From NCBI GenBank assembly GCA_963821395.1, contig CAWGDY010000013.1, positions 68,113 through 132,112 of the forward strand: a DNA stretch of 64,000 nucleotides, in the 5' to 3' direction. Source of the stretch: Vicinamibacterales bacterium. Lineage in GTDB: Bacteria; Acidobacteriota; Vicinamibacteria; Vicinamibacterales; JAMQPK01. The notes beneath the pieces are model-generated. The model saw nothing but the letters and a program-made list of their open reading frames with translations, was not told where the DNA came from and did no database searches. Numbering within the stretch: position 1 is the stretch's first letter; each line of letters opens with the position of its first letter. The translations under genes were made by a program, and so were the position numbers. Shown in pieces: positions 54,744-64,000 of the stretch.

Positions 54744-55841
54744 CTAGTGACTGACGGTGACGACGGATGAACCCTGCATGCGCGGCAGGTCGAGCGTGAA
54801 GACGCATCCACGATCGGCAAGGCTGCGCGCGTAGATCCGGCCGTGGTTCGCGTCGGCGCCCCATCGGCTGAACGCGAGGCCCAGGCCCAGGCCGGTTCGA
54901 TCGGTCCCACGCTGCTCGAACGGGCGGAACAGATCATCGACCTTTCCAGCCACGAGGCCGCCGCATTCATCCTGAACTTCGATGAGCACGCGCTGGGCGC
55001 CGGCCCCGACCCGCAGCGTCACGGTGGTCCCAGGCCGCGTGAACTTCAAGGCGTTCTGCAGGAGGTTTGTCACGACCGCTCCGAGCACCTGGCGGTCTCC
55101 CTCGATCGTGACTCCGCTGTCGATCGGCAGGATGGCAAGCGTGATGCCTCGCAACTCGGCCTCCATGCGTGTCTGCGGCGCAAGTTCTTCGATGAATGGG
55201 GCAACAAGGAATCGCTCCCGATTCTGGACGCCGTGCGTCAGACGGATCTCTGCGAGCGACCGGCCGACGAGCGCGCGCAACCCGAGAAGGCTTCGATTGA
55301 GCACGCTCCCCGTACTTCCCGCGACTCCCACATTCCCCGACTTGAGCACCTCGAATGCCATGATCGCGGTATTCACCAGGTTCCGCAATTCATGCGCCAG
55401 GTATCCAAGGCGTTCGCTCCCGCGCGCGATCTCCTCATCCCTGATGGACTGATTTCGCTCGCGCCCATACTCGGAGACGGCGCCCGCGATGGCGTCGTCG
55501 AGACAGTAGTTCAGCATGCGAAAGTCATCCGTCGGGATGGGCGCGTTCATCTCCACCGCGAGCTCCGTGATGGACTGACAGACGTCGCCATAGTCGTGCA
55601 CGACCTGCGAGACCGTGAACCCCTGGGCCAGCAGGTCATGCCCGTGTTGAACCGCGCTGTTGGCAATTTCGGGATTGGACCTGATACCCCGGCGGAGTGC
55701 CTTGACGAGCTGCTCCAAAAACACGGGGACCCCGTGATCCGCGTCCGCGTCGGCCGACAATGCAATCGACCTCGTGGCCACCTTCGCGCGACAGCGTGTG
55801 ATGATCTCGTCGCGGTGTGTGGCAATGAATTCGTGCAGCAT
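54744..55841 (-). CDS. Cytoplasmic sensor histidine kinase (RsbRD-N-like sensory domain + HisKA + HATPase_c)
   Basis: MLHEFIATHRDEIITRCRAKV (RsbRD_N-like), H box LGYLAHELRNLVN, N box VVTNLLQNALKFT, G1 EVQDECGGL, G2 GTDRTGLGLGLA. No TM segments. Confidence 0.85.
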   Translation of the reverse strand: MLHEFIATHRDEIITRCRAKVATRSIALSADADADHGVPVFLEQLVKALRRGIRSNPEIANSAVQHGHDLLAQGFTVSQVVHDYGDVCQSITELAVEMNAPIPTDDFRMLNYCLDDAIAGAVSEYGRERNQSIRDEEIARGSERLGYLAHELRNLVNTAIMAFEVLKSGNVGVAGSTGSVLNRSLLGLRALVGRSLAEIRLTHGVQNRERFLVAPFIEELAPQTRMEAELRGITLAILPIDSGVTIEGDRQVLGAVVTNLLQNALKFTRPGTTVTLRVGAGAQRVLIEVQDECGGLVAGKVDDLFRPFEQRGTDRTGLGLGLAFSRWGADANHGRIYARSLADRGCVFTLDLPRMQGSSVVTVSH

Positions 55842-56052
55842 CTGCTCCTCCCTGTTGCAACTGCCTCCAACTGTGCGTGTCCGTTGTCCTCCGTGGACCG
55901 ACTGCATCCTGGGCGGGTCTCCATCGCGTGCTGGGGGGAAATTCGCTGGCCGTCAGCGTGACAGGAATCCTGCTCCGGGGCTGTTCAAATCCGGACACTG
56001 TTCAGTTCGAGACAGCGTCGGGCGCACCTCGCAGCCTACACTTCCAGATCGC

Positions 56053-56862
56053 TTGACCTGTACGATTTCGTACGTCCTGCTGGCGGCCATCCTCACGGTG
56101 GCCACGTCGGTCCCTGTCCACGCCGGTGGGGCCACACTGGCCGACGCGCAGCGCGCGTTTTTCAACGCGCGCTACCCGGCGGCCGCTGACCTGGCTCTCG
56201 ACCTGCAAGGGTCTGACGTCGACGCGCTGGCAGCGTATGAGGTCCGCACCTCTGCGCTGCACTTCCAGCTGAGAGACGCGCTCGGCCCTGACGCCGACAA
56301 AGGGAAAGCCTTCAAGCTGTGCGTGGCCTGCCCGGAACTGCTGAAAGTGTTTCTCCACGACACCGCAAAGGGCCAGGCGCTTGCTCGTGCGCGACTGCAA
56401 CAAGACCCTGGCGACGCCGATGCGCTGTTTTTTCTTGGGAAACTGAACCTGAACTATGTCTGGCTGCACCTGGAGACCCTCGGCCGCAAGACCGGCTGGA
56501 GCGAGTACTGGGAAGCAAGAAGGTCGCTCGACGCGGCGCTCAAGAACAATCCACGCCACATGCGCGCTCGCGTGGCAAGAGCCTGGATCGACTACATCGT
56601 CGACACCAAGATGGCGAGGGGCACGCGCTGGGTGCTCGGGGGCGGCAGCAAGAAACGGGCATTTCTCGGCGCGCGCGAAGCCGCGGCCGCCGAATCGGAG
56701 TTCTTCGTCCGCGTCGAAGCCGAATTCGCGCTGTGGGAAATGCTGGTGCGCGACCGGCAACTGCGCGAGGCCACGACGATTGCACGAGGGCTGGCGCGCG
56801 AATTCCCTGACAATCCCAAGCTCGCGAGATTCCTCGAGACGGCGCCAAGCATCGATCCCTGA
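56053..56862 (+). CDS. Secreted helical-repeat protein (hypothetical)
   Basis: A TTG start gives LTCTISYVLLAAILTVATSVPVHAGG as the signal. The body is alpha-helical and TPR-like (ADALFFLGKLNLNYVWL...). The upstream part of the ORF-track entry overlaps the kinase gene. Confidence 0.5.
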   Translation: MTCTISYVLLAAILTVATSVPVHAGGATLADAQRAFFNARYPAAADLALDLQGSDVDALAAYEVRTSALHFQLRDALGPDADKGKAFKLCVACPELLKVFLHDTAKGQALARARLQQDPGDADALFFLGKLNLNYVWLHLETLGRKTGWSEYWEARRSLDAALKNNPRHMRARVARAWIDYIVDTKMARGTRWVLGGGSKKRAFLGAREAAAAESEFFVRVEAEFALWEMLVRDRQLREATTIARGLAREFPDNPKLARFLETAPSIDP

Positions 56863-56877
56863 AAGAACAGTCGACCG

Positions 56878-59148
56878 CTACCTGGGCAGGAGTGGCGGGA
56901 TCGTCAGTGCGATTGGCGTCTGCACCTTCATTCCATTCTGCAAGAGCCACTCGGTTTCACCGGGTGCCAGGGTCTGATCCCCGGCTCGCTGAACAGGTAT
57001 TGCGACGCCATCGGCAACGACGTCTGTCGTCGCAAGAGGATCGGGCGGCAGCAGTGAGGCCGTAATGCGTTCTTCCATCCGGGCCGGAAACGCCGGCGCG
57101 GCGCCGAGGATCTTTGCGTTGTACACGGCCAGCATCAATTCCTGAAACACCGGCAGCGCCAATCTCCCCCCGGTCTCTCTCGATCCAAGAGAACGGTTGT
57201 CGTCGAAGCCGATCCGGACCGCGACGGTGATGCCGCCGGGACCAAATGTCGAGCCCACGAAGATCGCGTCTCTGAACTCGTTCGTCGTTCCCGTTTTTCC
57301 CATGACGGCAATCGGGAATCCATGCGAGGCCAGGGCATGAGCCGTGCCCGTGGGAAGCCGCACCACACCGCGCAAGCCTTCCTGAATGAGCGACAGCGCA
57401 GCGCCATCGATTGAAGTGGGCGATGGTCCACGCCGACGAACGGCCACGGCCTCTCCCGAATCCTCCACGACAGCGCGGATCACATACGGCTCGGCAACGA
57501 TGCCCGACGCGATGGTCCGGTACGCATTGGCCAGCTCCAGAAGGCTCACTTCGGACGCACCCAGAGCCGTCGTGGCGTAACGCGCAAGAGGTGTGCGGAC
57601 GCCAAGACTTAGCGCGGTTTGCAGAACGCTGTCGATCCCGATTTGCTGGGCGATCCATATGGCCACCGCATTTCTGGACTCGGCGAGCGCTTGACGCAGC
57701 GGGATAAGGCCTTTGAATGTGCCGTCGTAGTTCGAGATCCATTTCGGCGGACCCGACTCGCCATTCGGCACGCTGATGGGCTCGTCCGGCACCAGCGTCT
57801 CGAGCGTGAAGCCGCCACTCCGGAACGCCGCGAGGTAGAGGAACGGCTTCATCGCCGATCCGGGCTGGCGCAGAGACCGCGTGACGCGGTTGTAGTCGCT
57901 GTAGGTGGCCGAACGACCGTTGAAGAGCCGCCTGCCGCCCGACTCGGCCAGAATGCCTCCATCACGATTTGCCAGCACGACGACCGAGCCCTGGATGATT
58001 CCCAGGGCGTTCGGGTGTCGCTCTTCGTACCGCTCGAGACCGTGCTCCAGCGCTTCGTTCACAATGAGCTGCACGCGACCGTCCGCCGTTGTATGCAACT
58101 GGATTCGTCCCTGAAGAAGATCTTCCACGCTGAGATCAGGGCGAAGAGCTTTGAATTCCTGAAGGACATGTTCGACAACGGCAGGCGCCTGCTGCGCCTC
58201 GCGCCGGTTGCGGGGCACAATCTGAAGGCCGCGTCCCAGGGCTTCGGCGGTTGCCTCCAGCGTGATGAACCCATTGGCGCGCATCAAGGTCAGCGTCTGG
58301 TCTCGCCGGCGTAAGACGATGACCGCGTGCGCGACGCTCGGCGCGTAGTCGCGGGGCGATTTGGCAATGCCGGCGAGCAGCGCGGCTTTGTCGGCGTCCG
58401 CGGGTGTGAAAGTCGAGAGGCGCCGACCGAAATAGTATTCTGCCGCCCTCGCGAACCCGTACTGACCGTTGCCCATGTATACGGCGCTCGCGTAGCGGGC
58501 GAGAATCTCTTCCTTCGCGCGGCGCTTCGACCCGAACTGCCTGCGCATCTCCTGTTCGAGCCACAGCGAGAGCCGAATCTCCTCGCGCTTGCGAGCCACC
58601 ATGTTGACGCTTCGCGCGCCCATGACCGACGACAGCAGTCGGGCCAGGCGCCCGGTGTGGCGAAGCTCATAGCTGTTCTCCAGCGCTGTCGCGCCACGGA
58701 GAAAATTACCGCGCACCACCTGCTGGGTAATCGTCGATCCTCCTTGCGGAAAAAGCGCCGCTCCCTTCACCTCGTCGTACCGTCCCCCCCTTACAAAACG
58801 GCCCACGAGCATGCCGACTCTGACCTTCGCGAACACGCGAGGCAGACTGACGTAGTCGATCCCGTTGTGAGAAAAGAAGCGTTTGTCTTCGGCGGACAGA
58901 ATCGCGTCACGGACGATTGGCGGAATGTCCTCGTAGCGCGCAATCTCGCGGTACTCGCGGGCCAGTTCGATGAGCGGCTTGCCGGCGGCGTCGTAGACGT
59001 GGCCGATCGTCGGAAACTCAAAACGCGTGAAGGGCCCCAGGTCGGGCAGGTTTTGGCGGCTGAAGTAGACGTGCTGGCATTCGGAGAGTGCCAGCACCAT
59101 GGCCACCCCGGACGCGGCGGCGACGATCCTGGCAATCACACGTAACAA
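56878..59148 (-). CDS. Class A penicillin-binding protein (PBP1A-type transglycosylase/transpeptidase)
   Basis: Glycosyltransferase-51 motifs (AILSAEDKRFFSHNGID, GGSTITQQVVRGN, RKREEI). The transpeptidase SxxK is present as GSAMKPF, and KTGTTNEF is the KTG motif. Confidence 0.9.
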   Translation of the reverse strand: MLRVIARIVAAASGVAMVLALSECQHVYFSRQNLPDLGPFTRFEFPTIGHVYDAAGKPLIELAREYREIARYEDIPPIVRDAILSAEDKRFFSHNGIDYVSLPRVFAKVRVGMLVGRFVRGGRYDEVKGAALFPQGGSTITQQVVRGNFLRGATALENSYELRHTGRLARLLSSVMGARSVNMVARKREEIRLSLWLEQEMRRQFGSKRRAKEEILARYASAVYMGNGQYGFARAAEYYFGRRLSTFTPADADKAALLAGIAKSPRDYAPSVAHAVIVLRRRDQTLTLMRANGFITLEATAEALGRGLQIVPRNRREAQQAPAVVEHVLQEFKALRPDLSVEDLLQGRIQLHTTADGRVQLIVNEALEHGLERYEERHPNALGIIQGSVVVLANRDGGILAESGGRRLFNGRSATYSDYNRVTRSLRQPGSAMKPFLYLAAFRSGGFTLETLVPDEPISVPNGESGPPKWISNYDGTFKGLIPLRQALAESRNAVAIWIAQQIGIDSVLQTALSLGVRTPLARYATTALGASEVSLLELANAYRTIASGIVAEPYVIRAVVEDSGEAVAVRRRGPSPTSIDGAALSLIQEGLRGVVRLPTGTAHALASHGFPIAVMGKTGTTNEFRDAIFVGSTFGPGGITVAVRIGFDDNRSLGSRETGGRLALPVFQELMLAVYNAKILGAAPAFPARMEERITASLLPPDPLATTDVVADGVAIPVQRAGDQTLAPGETEWLLQNGMKVQTPIALTIPPLLPR

Positions 59149-59437
59149 GGTGCACCTCGTCGCAACTCTAGTCGGGTGCCTCGGTCACGTCTGTGCTATT
59201 CAGCGCATGGACAGGTGTTCAATCTGAAACAGCCCCCGGGTTGCCGAGTACGGGACACTTGCCCCATGCTTGAATTTCGACCATCCTTTTCGCTCTGGCC
59301 GCGGCCGCAGTTCCTCGGCGAATCGTCCGACGGATTCGCCTCGTGGATCGCCGATCGAGACTTGCCGCCGGGCATCGAGCAGAGACAACAGCAGGCACGA
59401 TCGATCAGGGGCATCATCGAGGACCATCACGATCGCC

Positions 59438-59722
59438 ATGCTCGAACGATTGGACGCAGGAGGCGGGCCGATGCTTGACAGGACACAGACGGTGAAGAAG
59501 GTGCACGAAAGCAGTGGCACGAGCGCCGCGGCCAGCGACCAGGCGTGGGTCGGTTTCATCTGCAAGGGATGCGGCGCGCCGCTGGCGGTGCACCAGTCGA
59601 ACAATGGGTCGAGGCCCGGCGAGCGCTCCATACGCGGCTGGCGCGTCATGTGCACGAGCTGCGGGGTCCCCGACTTCTACGAGCTCGGCTCGGCGATGGT
59701 ACGCATCACGGCCGTTCCCTAG
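59438..59722 (+). CDS. Small zinc-ribbon protein (hypothetical)
   Basis: MLERLDAGGGPMLDRTQTVKKVH...WVGFICKGCGAPLAVHQ...WRVMCTSCGVPDFYELG has two CxxC pairs. Confidence 0.35.
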   Translation: MLERLDAGGGPMLDRTQTVKKVHESSGTSAAASDQAWVGFICKGCGAPLAVHQSNNGSRPGERSIRGWRVMCTSCGVPDFYELGSAMVRITAVP

Positions 59723-59898
59723 CGATCGACGTATTCCACGTAGCCGCCCGCACGCACGATCATGACCTTGAGGATGCGATCCTCGCGCAGCAGCTCGGCG
59801 GCGCCGAGGCGCGCCGCCTCAACCGAGGGATAGTCCGTCGCTGCCTGTGGCAACGCGGTCGCGGAGCCGCGCCTCATGGTCGGAATCAGCCTGAACAT
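59719..59898 (-). CDS. Small (59 aa) hypothetical ORF divergent from groES
   Basis: Hand translation: [59 protein letters not shown]. No family recognised. Confidence 0.25.
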   Translation of the reverse strand: MFRLIPTMRRGSATALPQAATDYPSVEAARLGAAELLREDRILKVMIVRAGGYVEYVDR

Positions 59899-59981
59899 GG
59901 ATCCACTCTAGACCGGCTGCGCGTCCCCGGTTGTGCAATCGGGTACAGCGGCCAACCGGCGGACGCGAGAGACTTGAGTCT

Positions 59982-61891
<1,910 letters not shown>

Positions 61892-61932
61892 GCACATCCT
61901 GAATCCCGGAAGGTGGTCGTCGTTCGGGTAGA

Positions 61933-62084
61933 ATGGCGTTATCAGGCCCGTTCTACTCGCCCTCGTCGCCCTTGCCTTCGCGGCACCTGCCCGCGGACAG
62001 TCGGATCAGGCCGATCGCCTGCATGAAGCGGCGAAAGTCTTCCAGGAAATCACGTCGGCGAAGCACCCCGTGGCAGTCATTTGA
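61933..62084 (+). pseudogene. N-terminal fragment of a SYLF/YSC84-like lipid-binding protein (truncated, probably also frameshifted at the start)
   Basis: VIRPVLLALVALAFAAPARGQSDQADRLHEAAKVFQEITSAKHPVAVI then a stop. This is the signal peptide plus the opening helix typical of SYLF-domain proteins; the remaining roughly 150 aa are absent. The only ATG (61933) is in another frame. Confidence 0.4.
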
Positions 62085-62400
62085 CCTATTGGCTTTTACA
62101 TCAATCACTTAACTGGGTCAACATCGCCCAAAGCACACTGCGTGCGAGCAGGCACGAATCAAGCACGGGCTCTGTTCCAGCAGGCAGTTCAACTCGATAG
62201 AGATAGAGATGAGTACGAAACTTCCGGCGAGAAAGAGCAAAACCGGGCAGGCCACGGTGGCTGCTTTCGCGAAGCCCGCGTCTGCCTCAGTCATCATGGA
62301 TTCAATGGTGGCAACCGAAGCGGAACTGGAGGCCCTTCGAGCAGAGACAGAGCACACCGGCGTCGGCTGCCGCTCAACGGAAGCGGCACAATGCGAGGTC

Positions 62401-63234
62401 CTAGAAAGCGCCCTTCCTCTTCGACACGCTGAGCAGCGTCATGATCAGGATCCGCAGATCGAGCCAGACCGAACGACTCCGCACATATTCAAGGTCATAC
62501 GCAAGCTGCTCCCCGATCGTTAGCTGCCCTCGACCGCTGCACTGAGCCAATCCCGTCACGCCCGGCGCCACAGCAAACTTCAGCATCTGCTCCGTCGAGT
62601 AATACGGCAAGAACCATGGCCCTTCAGGTCTCGGACCGACCAGCCTCATCTCGCCTGTCACCACGAGCCAGAGATTCGGCAGCTCATCGAGCGTAGTACG
62701 CCGCAGGAAGCGCCCCACTCGCGTCACGCGCGGATCATCCTCGGCTTTGTAGTAACTGGCGAGAAACGCCGCATGGCTCGGAAATTCGACCTGATACAAC
62801 TCCGGGAACCGTTGACGGGCGTCGACGTACATCGTTCGGAACTTCACGAACGTGATGGTCTCGGGAACCAAATACAGCGCGTCGGGCTGGAACCCACCCT
62901 CAGGAGGAATCAGATCCTGACGCTGCATGATGTCCCGTCCGCGGCGCGCGATGCTCCGTCCCAGGCGACGTTGCCAGAACAGCGCAGGTCCCGGAGAGTC
63001 GAGCTTAATCAGGATGGCTTCAATGAGGATAACTGGTGAGGCGACGAGAAGCATGAAAGCAGCCATCAGGCACTCGACGGCGCGATACATCACGCGCAGC
63101 AGGGTGTGGCCGTGCCACAGATCGGCCGGTGCCGGAATGGCGCGCATCTGATACGGCGGCGTCGCCGCAGAAACGGCGAAGGGGATGTTGTCGCCGCTGG
63201 TGACCCTGTGGGTTCGCAGAGCTTCTGCATCCAT
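62401..63234 (-). CDS. Polyprenyl-phosphate sugar-1-phosphate transferase (bacterial sugar transferase family)
   Basis: VECLMAAFMLLVASPVILIEAILIKLDSPGPALFWQRRLG...KFRTM...DDPRVTRVGRFLRRTTLDELPNLWLVVTGEMRLVGPRP...PGVTGLAQ. The start at MDAEAL lies 13 nt after the upstream GT2 stop. Confidence 0.85.
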   Translation of the reverse strand: MDAEALRTHRVTSGDNIPFAVSAATPPYQMRAIPAPADLWHGHTLLRVMYRAVECLMAAFMLLVASPVILIEAILIKLDSPGPALFWQRRLGRSIARRGRDIMQRQDLIPPEGGFQPDALYLVPETITFVKFRTMYVDARQRFPELYQVEFPSHAAFLASYYKAEDDPRVTRVGRFLRRTTLDELPNLWLVVTGEMRLVGPRPEGPWFLPYYSTEQMLKFAVAPGVTGLAQCSGRGQLTIGEQLAYDLEYVRSRSVWLDLRILIMTLLSVSKRKGAF

Positions 63235-63247
63235 GATCGGTTCCCGG

Positions 63248-64000
63248 TTATTCCGCCTTAGGTGCCGCTGTCGGCTGCCGGCTGGTAAGCAGCACATTCT
63301 GGGCGAGCTGAACCAGTCCGTGCACAGCAAGTGCCACGGCGGCGACAACGGCCCGCGGATCGAACGTTCCCCACGTCATGTTCTTCCTGTAGAACCGATA
63401 CGCGCCGTAGTGAAACATCCAGATGCGTCGCAACGACTTCCGTTTGCCGCGACGATTCTGCTCGTGATGGATGACCCGCGCTTGGGGCACGCAGTAGATC
63501 TTCCAGCCCGCCTTGCCAACGCGGAAGCACCAGTCGGAATCGACCCAATATCCGGGATACCCTTCGTCCCACGGACCGACCGTGTCGAACAACTCGCGCC
63601 TGAACAGCATGCACGCGCTGGAGATCTGCTCGACCGCGTATGGTTCGGCGTCTGCGAGCCGGTCGCTCAGCAGATACCGGCGCGACAGCGGATTGCCCGG
63701 GAACAGCCGCGTCAACACGCTCTGCCGGCCGAAGAGACCGTTGAGCGGTCGAGGAAAGCGGCGCGCGCTCTCCTGCACCGAACCGTCGCTGTTCAGCGTG
63801 CGGGGCGCGACCATCCCGACGTTGGTGCGGCCGGCGAGAAAATCGAGAATGTGTGCGATGGCGTCGCCGACGAGCTCCGTGTCATTGTCGAGTACCAGCA
63901 CGTACTCGCCGCGCGCGAGCGCCATGGCACGGTTGACGCCGCGCGTGTGCCCCACGTTGCGCGGACTACGGACCAGACGTGTTTCGGGAAACTCGCGATC
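63248..64000 (-). CDS. Family 2 glycosyltransferase (N-terminus beyond the window end)
   Basis: RNVGHTRGVNRAMALARGEYVLVLDNDTEL (DxD), PWDEGYPGYWVDSDWCFRVGKAGWKIYCVP. The frame stays open to position 64000. Confidence 0.85.
   Translation of the reverse strand, partial: DREFPETRLVRSPRNVGHTRGVNRAMALARGEYVLVLDNDTELVGDAIAHILDFLAGRTNVGMVAPRTLNSDGSVQESARRFPRPLNGLFGRQSVLTRLFPGNPLSRRYLLSDRLADAEPYAVEQISSACMLFRRELFDTVGPWDEGYPGYWVDSDWCFRVGKAGWKIYCVPQARVIHHEQNRRGKRKSLRRIWMFHYGAYRFYRKNMTWGTFDPRAVVAAVALAVHGLVQLAQNVLLTSRQPTAAPKAE

Noticed and set aside
59899-59981. CIRCE (HrcA) operator upstream of groES
   Set aside because: There is no TTAGCACTC-N9-GAGTGCTAA inverted repeat. The only TAGCACTC string in the window is at 45197, upstream of ldhA, and it lacks the second half-site.
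62118-62523. ORFs 62118-62357 (-) and 62209-62523 (+) in the AT-richer junction region
   Set aside because: They overlap each other. The plus-strand one also runs antisense into the 3' end of the sugar transferase gene. Neither has motifs or an SD, so they are left unannotated.

Overview
GC-rich (roughly 65% by eye) bacterial chromosomal window with about 70 protein-coding genes. I found no rRNA, tRNA, CRISPR array, transposase or integrase. Gene content (a DUF1552/DUF1592 pair, type III glutamine synthetase, many normally cytoplasmic enzymes with export signals) suggests a soil Acidobacteriota- or Planctomycetota-like organism; this is inference only.

Layout:
- 1-8.1 kb: tightly overlapping plus-strand glycan operon (cupin epimerase, SDR, three methyltransferases including a Zn-ribbon C-methyltransferase, GT2, CgeB-like protein, Wzx flippase).
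- 8.2-14.1 kb: minus-strand gmd and rfbD (both frameshifted), smpB, pdxA, PSP1/RicT, holB.
- 14.2-24.8 kb: orphan response regulator, orphan RND adaptor, exported HpcH aldolase, decayed alpha/beta hydrolase, frameshifted cytochrome-c/PQQ dehydrogenase, Tat amidohydrolase, MFS transporter, 2-hydroxyacid dehydrogenase.
- 24.8-32.7 kb: ankyrin, two cytochrome c genes and a beta-propeller in one operon, then DUF1552/DUF1592.
- 32.8-43.6 kb: sulfatase-like membrane enzyme, an exported RidA/amidohydrolase/creatininase-like/SelA-like PLP cluster, PhoD, GlnN.
- 44-50 kb: rsgA, ldhA, bcp, crp-family regulator.
- 50.8-55.9 kb: islet of small stress-type genes (two csp paralogs, lmo0937-family peptide, coiled-coil protein, glycine-zipper protein, cytoplasmic histidine kinase).
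- 56-64 kb: PBP1A, groES-groEL, a truncated SYLF-like fragment and the start of an EPS-type cluster.

Most unusual signals:
1. Eight AT-richer intergenic segments made of tandem 7-8 nt units. Several have arms that are reverse complements, giving microsatellite-armed hairpins.
2. A REP-like hairpin-plus-CTACG-tail family with at least 10 copies, including an in-frame copy inside holB.
3. Frameshifts concentrated in three blocks while the rest of the window is clean.
4. A four-gene cluster of exported versions of normally cytoplasmic enzymes.

No single obvious novel defence or mobile system is visible. All homology calls come from motif recognition by eye, not from searches.
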